Shown in pieces: positions 61,901-64,000 of a stretch of DNA of 64,000 bases. How positions within the stretch are numbered: position 1 is the stretch's first letter; each line of letters opens with the position of its first letter. The notes below the pieces were generated by a model. The model made no database searches and was not told the origin of the DNA. It saw nothing but the letters and a program-made list of their open reading frames with translations. This DNA is from Macrostomum lignano (lineage: Eukaryota), in the NCBI GenBank assembly GCA_002269645.1, contig NIVC01000082.1:124001-188000 (forward strand), in the 5' to 3' direction. A program made the position numbers and the translations under genes.

Positions 61901-63652
61901 TGAGTCCGATGCTCTAACCACTAGGCTACAACCCCCATTTGGCTTTATGAATCTACGACTATTTTATCATGACTTCGTAACAAAATGCGTAACAGAATGA
62001 TAAAACAGATCAATGAAGTTTCGAGCTTGTAAAAATTGCTTCAGCTCAAACAGTCAAACCGTCCAAACCCCCTCAGGTGCCGAAGTTCCTCCAGCACGGC
62101 ACGCCCGTCAACAACCGTCGCATGACGAAACGCGACGCCAGAATTCACATCCGGGAGATTTGGGACGCAAGAAAACGCGAGAAAGACGAACAAGTGGCCG
62201 CGTACGAGACAGGCGACGCTAAACCGTTGACGCCAATGGGCGACTTTGTTGACAGCCTGTTTCGCCAAATCTACGGCATTGAGCAGATCCGGGTGGAGTG
62301 GGCCTACAGCTTCTACGACGCCTTGCAACGCTACGCCCAGGACGAGCGCTGCCAGCAGTTCTTCTCGGTGCTGATGGGCACCATGTCCGAGGAGGTCTAC
62401 TGGGACGACATGCGAACTCTCGGCCGACTGTTGGACGCCTTCAAAACCAAGGACCCAAGCGGGTCCGGTCTGCTGGACAAGACCGAGTTTGCCGAGGTGA
62501 TGCGCGAGTTTTTCCCAGGCAGAAACGACGACAAGTTCCAGGAGTTGACGGACGTGGCCGCTCAGGAGCTGGACACTGACGGCTCTGCGAAACTGGAGTT
62601 CGACAAGCTGTTTATGACTGTGAGACTGCGGAGCTGTGCAGTACAGACAATTTTACACCAATGCACGCTTTGAATTCCGCTTGATAAGATTTACTATTGA
62701 GCTTCCTTGCTAGCTTAGCCGTCTCTGTGGATTGAAACGGTCCCAGATCCTCAGTTGCTGGGCCAGCCTCTCAGAGTGTCGGTTGCTGGGCCAGCCTCCC
62801 AGATCCTCATTTGCTGGGCCAGCCTCCCAGAGTGTCAGTTGCTGGGCCAGCCTCCCAGAGTGTCAGTTGCTGGGCCAGCCTCCCAGATCCTCATTTGCTG
62901 GGCCAGCCTCTCAGAGTGTCGGTTGCTGGGCCAGCCTCCCAGAGTGTCAGTTGCTGGGCCAGCCTCCCAGATCCTCATTTGCTGGGCCAGCCTCTCAGAG
63001 TGTCGGTTGCTGGGCCAGCCTCCCAGATCCTCATTTGCTGGGCCAGCCTCCCAGAGTGTCAGTTGCTGGGCCAGCCTCCCAGATCCTCATTTGCTGGGCC
63101 AGCCTCTCAGAGTGTCGGTTGCTGGGCCAGCCGCCCAGATCCTCAGTTGCTGGGCCAGCCTGCCAGATCCTCAGTTTCTGGGCCAGCCGCCCAGATCCTC
63201 AGTTGCTGGGCCAGCCTCCCAGATCCTCAGTTGCTGGGCCAGCCTGCCAGATCCTCAGTTTCTGGGCCAGCCGCCCAGATCCTCAGTTGCTGGGCCAGCC
63301 TCCCAGATCCTCAGTTGCTGGGCCAGCCTCCCAGATCCCCAGTTGCTGGGCCAGCCTCCCAGATCCCAAGTTGCTGGGCCAGCCTCCCAGAGTGTCAGTT
63401 GCTGGGCCAGCATCCCAGATCCTCAGTTGCTGGGCCAGCCTCCCAGAGTGTCAGTTGCTGGGCCAGCCTCCCAGAGTGTCAGTTGCCAGCTCCCTCCAGT
63501 AGTCCCATGTAAGCCTAATGCCGCATTCAATTCTCACCTGTCCAGGATGACGAAGGCGAATTTGGGGCCTTCCTCAAAGACGTCAAAAAGCTGCTGCACG
63601 ACGAGAAGGAAAAGTACATCGCCGAGATGCGCAAAGAACTGGTCGATATTTC
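55929..63652 (+). CDS. TSNAXIP1: Translin-associated factor X-interacting protein 1-like; exons 55929-56484, 58221-58498, 59057-59226, 60726-60815, 61203-61371, 62077-62619, 63546-63652, continuing past the window
   Basis: Motifs KPKFLEQLE.YL..EL, LQIHREVFEYLIE.FKTYKPLLAAIKREYE, TPRPEW, G.S..LVD, AYSFYDAL.RY and an EF-hand-like segment; exon phases are consistent. Confidence 0.88.
56818..58170. repeat. TCTAGA-core minisatellite: 48-bp dimer, then 24-bp, then 27-bp units (TSNAXIP1 intron 1)
   Basis: Direct periodicity. Confidence 0.97.
58515..58805. repeat. 20-bp repeat TTCCCCGATCTCTTCCTAAA (TSNAXIP1 intron 2)
   Basis: Starts about 15 nt after the donor. Confidence 0.92.
60098..60440. repeat. 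28-bp repeat CCCCAGTTTAATTGCCCCACCCCTCTCA (TSNAXIP1 intron 3)
   Basis: About 12 units. Confidence 0.95.
60885..61190. repeat. 23-bp repeat TCTACTGAGTCTACTCAATCAAA (TSNAXIP1 intron 4)
   Basis: About 13 units ending at the polypyrimidine tract. Confidence 0.97.
61805..61936 (-). mobile_element. Same SINE family (copy 4, TSNAXIP1 intron 5), best-preserved tRNA-like head
   Basis: Reverse complement GGGGTTGTAGCCTAGTGGTTAGAGC...GGTTCGATTCC is followed by the CORE-like segment. Confidence 0.78.
62742..63487. repeat. 28-bp repeat GCTGGGCCAGCCTCCCAGA(TCC/GTG)TCAGTT (TSNAXIP1 intron 6)
   Basis: About 26 units; same family as 42762-43027. Confidence 0.97.
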
Positions 63653-64000
63653 GTAAGTATGAACACATTTTGCTACTTAAAAACTGTGCGTTTTACTATG
63701 AGTAGAGTTGAATGAATTTCTGATGCTAAGTTTTGCTTATTTGCGCTATTTCTGGTACAACTTCAGCCATAAGAGACGAAGAGAGTTCAGGTAATAAGTT
63801 GCGGTGAACACGAAACGCTTTATCCAGAAATCAAAAAATTAATTTTATAAATGTTAATTCGACCTTTTTTGTTTGCTTGAAGGCATGTCCGATTTTAAAC
63901 CTACAGAATAATTTGCATGTACTCGTAAAAAAAAACTATGCAAGTAAAATACTGTGCTGCTTGAATTCAATTGCGGTCAACCCTCATTATGAAATTCTCT

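Noticed and set aside
61860-61936. Possible functional tRNA (CAT in the anticodon loop, minus strand)
   Set aside because: Anticodon and T stems pair poorly, and the sequence continues into a CORE-like SINE body with three paralogs.
62732-63705. Cys/Trp-rich repeat ORFs (also 42622-43083)
   Set aside because: Products of the 28-bp intronic array.

Overview
Eukaryotic (metazoan) genomic window with spliced GT-AG genes, GC-rich exons and AT-rich introns; no prokaryotic features, CRISPR arrays or rRNA were seen. The composition resembles the flatworm Macrostomum (inference only). Six protein-coding loci: a secreted C-type lectin plus PAN/apple-like gene (+), an intronless Pro-rich/coiled-coil orphan (-), a long AGBL2/3-type cytosolic carboxypeptidase (-), TMEM33 (+), a MEX3-like KH protein (-) and TSNAXIP1 (+, runs off the window). 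The dominant unexplained structure is about 30 tandem arrays, many with 22-24 bp periods. Most fill the interior of individual introns, each intron usually with its own unit; one 28-bp unit recurs in two genes 20 kb apart. Also present: a tRNA/CORE-like SINE family (one copy with a twin-priming-type inversion), two tRNA-like heads each followed by a satellite array, a Harbinger-type MITE, a degraded LINE RT, an interstitial (TTAGGG)8 inside a dispersed repeat, and a 2.4-kb stretch with no CpG. Most long ORFs in the supplied track are repeat artefacts. All alignments were done by eye.
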